Program-made: the position numbers and the translations under genes
Notes under the pieces: generated by a model
Database searches by the model: none
What the model was told of the DNA's origin: nothing
Seen by the model: only the letters and a program-made list of their open reading frames with translations
Shown here: positions 62,068-64,000 of the stretch, one piece after another
Layout: every line of letters begins with the position of its first letter
How positions within the stretch are numbered: position 1 is the stretch's first letter
Origin: Mobula hypostoma
Taxonomy: Eukaryota
Reading direction: 5' to 3'
Assembly (NCBI RefSeq): GCF_963921235.1
Contig: NC_086124.1
Coordinates: 27,652,001-27,716,000, forward strand
Length of the DNA stretch: 64,000 bases

Positions 62068-62810
62068 GGCTGATTTATATTTGTGCGTACCAGCTTACGC
62101 CGTAGCCTACGCAAATGGGCTGCGCCGTTGTGAGCATTTATACTTGTGTGTTGGTGTGTCTGTGTCGCTCTGCAATTCACCGCCAAAACGCCTATTGGCG
62201 GTGGGGTTTCTATGCCACTGTGTTGAGTTTCTTCGTGTTGAAACTCAACACGAAGAAATTCAAACTTCAAACAATGGCGACCGAAACTGAAGGAGGGTGA
62301 ATTTTCTGTGCTTGTCTGGCCACTGAGAGACATGGACGAGGAAATGCATTTCAAATATTTTCGGATGTCGGCAGGTAGATTTGACGATTTGGTTCATCGT
62401 CTCCAACCATTTATTTTGCATCAGTGTACGCACAGTATACTCAGAGACTGGCAATCACCATTCCAGTTTTAGCTTCAGGTGAAAGTCAACAGGCTGTAGC
62501 AGCTAGCTACAAACTGGCGTCAAGCACAGGGTCCTCCATAATTTCGGAGATCTGTAAAGCTTTATGGAAAGCATTACAGCCAGAGTTCCTTCCCTGCCCT
62601 TTAGTCGCCTAATGGGAAGTTATTGCAACGTAGGAGGAAATGCGATGCTACCAAGTGGACCAATCACAGTTGTTGAGGTTTGAGTCACCGCGACGCTTCG
62701 TTACATTTTGGGAGAGGTGCGCGTTAGGCTACAGCGTAGGGTTCGGCGTAGAGTATAGCATAGGTACGTCGCTACGTCGTACCTACGGTGTACATTTGAT
62801 GCACAAGTAT
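62068..62810 (+). mobile_element. Non-autonomous PIF/Harbinger element (paralog of 7261-7989)
   Basis: Starts GGCTGATTTATATTTGTGCG; same transposase fragments; right TIR truncated. Confidence 0.8.
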
Positions 62811-63059
62811 CTCAAGGTTTATACTTGTTGGGGCTTAGTGAGTTGTGGGCACACTATGTTGGCGATACTGGTGGGCTGCCCCCTGACTATCCTCGGACCG
62901 TGTTGATCATTGACGCGTTTCACCATATGTTTGGACGTTATGTGATGAATTGAACTAATCTTTAATTTGTTATGCTTGATCTGTACTGCTGCCACAAAAT
63001 AAACACGTCTCACGATGTATCATTTGTGGCCGCACTGGGAGGTTAGGTTGCAAACGTTA

Positions 63060-63363
63060 TGTCACCAGACGCGGTGACATCATCAGTGCACAACTGAGTG
63101 CTGTTTCTGCGGCGTGTTCGCTTTGCACTGGGTCCCGGCCAGTCGGATAGCTGAGATCCCCGGTTACCGATGGTTGTGAGCGCAGGTTCCTCGGGTGTCT
63201 ATGGCTCGGCCCCTCGGCCGCGATCCCGCAAACGTTCAATATGGTTGTTAATAGAGTCTTCGACTGGTGGCGAGACATTTGTGACCAACCCTCCAGGCTC
63301 GGCGCCAACAATCAGCCAACCCGAGCCACCAATCTTCTTTCAATTTCCTTAATACCCGTGACA
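63060..63363. mobile_element. Candidate solo LTR
   Basis: Inverted termini TGTCAC...GTGACA about 300 bp apart; no clear TSD. Confidence 0.3.
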
Positions 63364-63825
63364 ACAAACCTGAATCTGGTTCTGAAACTTGTCCCTCCAG
63401 GAGGGGGTGATGTCTCCAGCCTGGTTTGCGTGTGACTGCGAACCCCCCAAAAACGAGGGGTTCAAAATTCCGATTCGGATTAATTTATTAATAAATGTAT
63501 ATGCATATTTAACACGGGTACTGTATATCGAAATGCGTTAACAGGCGACGCACCCTGAGGGTGTGCTGGGGGCAGCCTGCGGGTGTCGCCGTACATTGCG
63601 ACGCCAACATCGCGTGCCCACGATGTTCAGCAGGTCTGGAGAAGATGGAGGCCTTCTTTGGACTTGCAGGTACCAGGCCACCAACTTCCCTAATGGAGAC
63701 ACAGATCCAAGGCTTCCGGCGTGGGAGGGGGGTCTCGACTTCTGGACTTCAACGTGATGGGCCAGAGGGCCTGACAACGCTGTGATGTTCTTTCCCAAGT
63801 AACATTCTGGGTGTTCTGTCTGCAG

Positions 63826-64000
63826 AGTTCGGGCCCATGGCTGAGCACCTGTTCTACAGCCGGGATTCCTCGGACTCGGAGACGACGCTGGATGTCCTCA
63901 GCGTCAATTCCGTTCCCTTTCTCGCCTACCATTACGAGGCGCAGACCTTCGTTATCAACGGGCGGGAGACGGACGGGAGAGCCGAGTTGGGTGAGGCAGA
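63826..64000 (+). CDS. WA: MHC W-category alpha chain, alpha1 exon (partial, runs off the window): EFGPMAEHLFYSRDSSDSETTLDVLSVNSVPFLAYHYEAQTFVINGRETDGRAELGEA
   Basis: Acceptor gttctgtctgcag, phase 1 matches the leader, open to the window end; VNSVPFLAY aligns with the MHC alpha1 VDD..F..(F/Y) strands. Confidence 0.7.

Overview
This is vertebrate genomic DNA. The repeat content (CR1, Rex1/Babar, Penelope GIY-YIG, V-SINE-like, Harbinger and PNMA-gag Gypsy elements) suggests a cartilaginous fish, probably a ray; this is an inference. About a third of the window (9040-30889) is one 50-bp minisatellite, and most of the rest is transposon debris. Two host genes lie head-to-head with ATGs about 1.29 kb apart. 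The minus-strand gene has five exons (leader, MHC membrane-distal domain, Ig-C1, TM, cytoplasmic tail). It has class II-beta architecture but class I-type residues. The plus-strand partner has a leader and an MHC alpha1-like exon that runs off the window end. Together they match the MHC W-category (WB/WA pair). The WB Ig exon is out of frame at its strongest splice acceptor. Separately, a compact non-autonomous Gypsy element (3621-7154) carries an intronless, internally deleted sarcomeric myosin heavy-chain rod fragment fused in frame after its RT YVDD motif. All homology calls come from manual translation and comparison with remembered family sequences; no database search was run.
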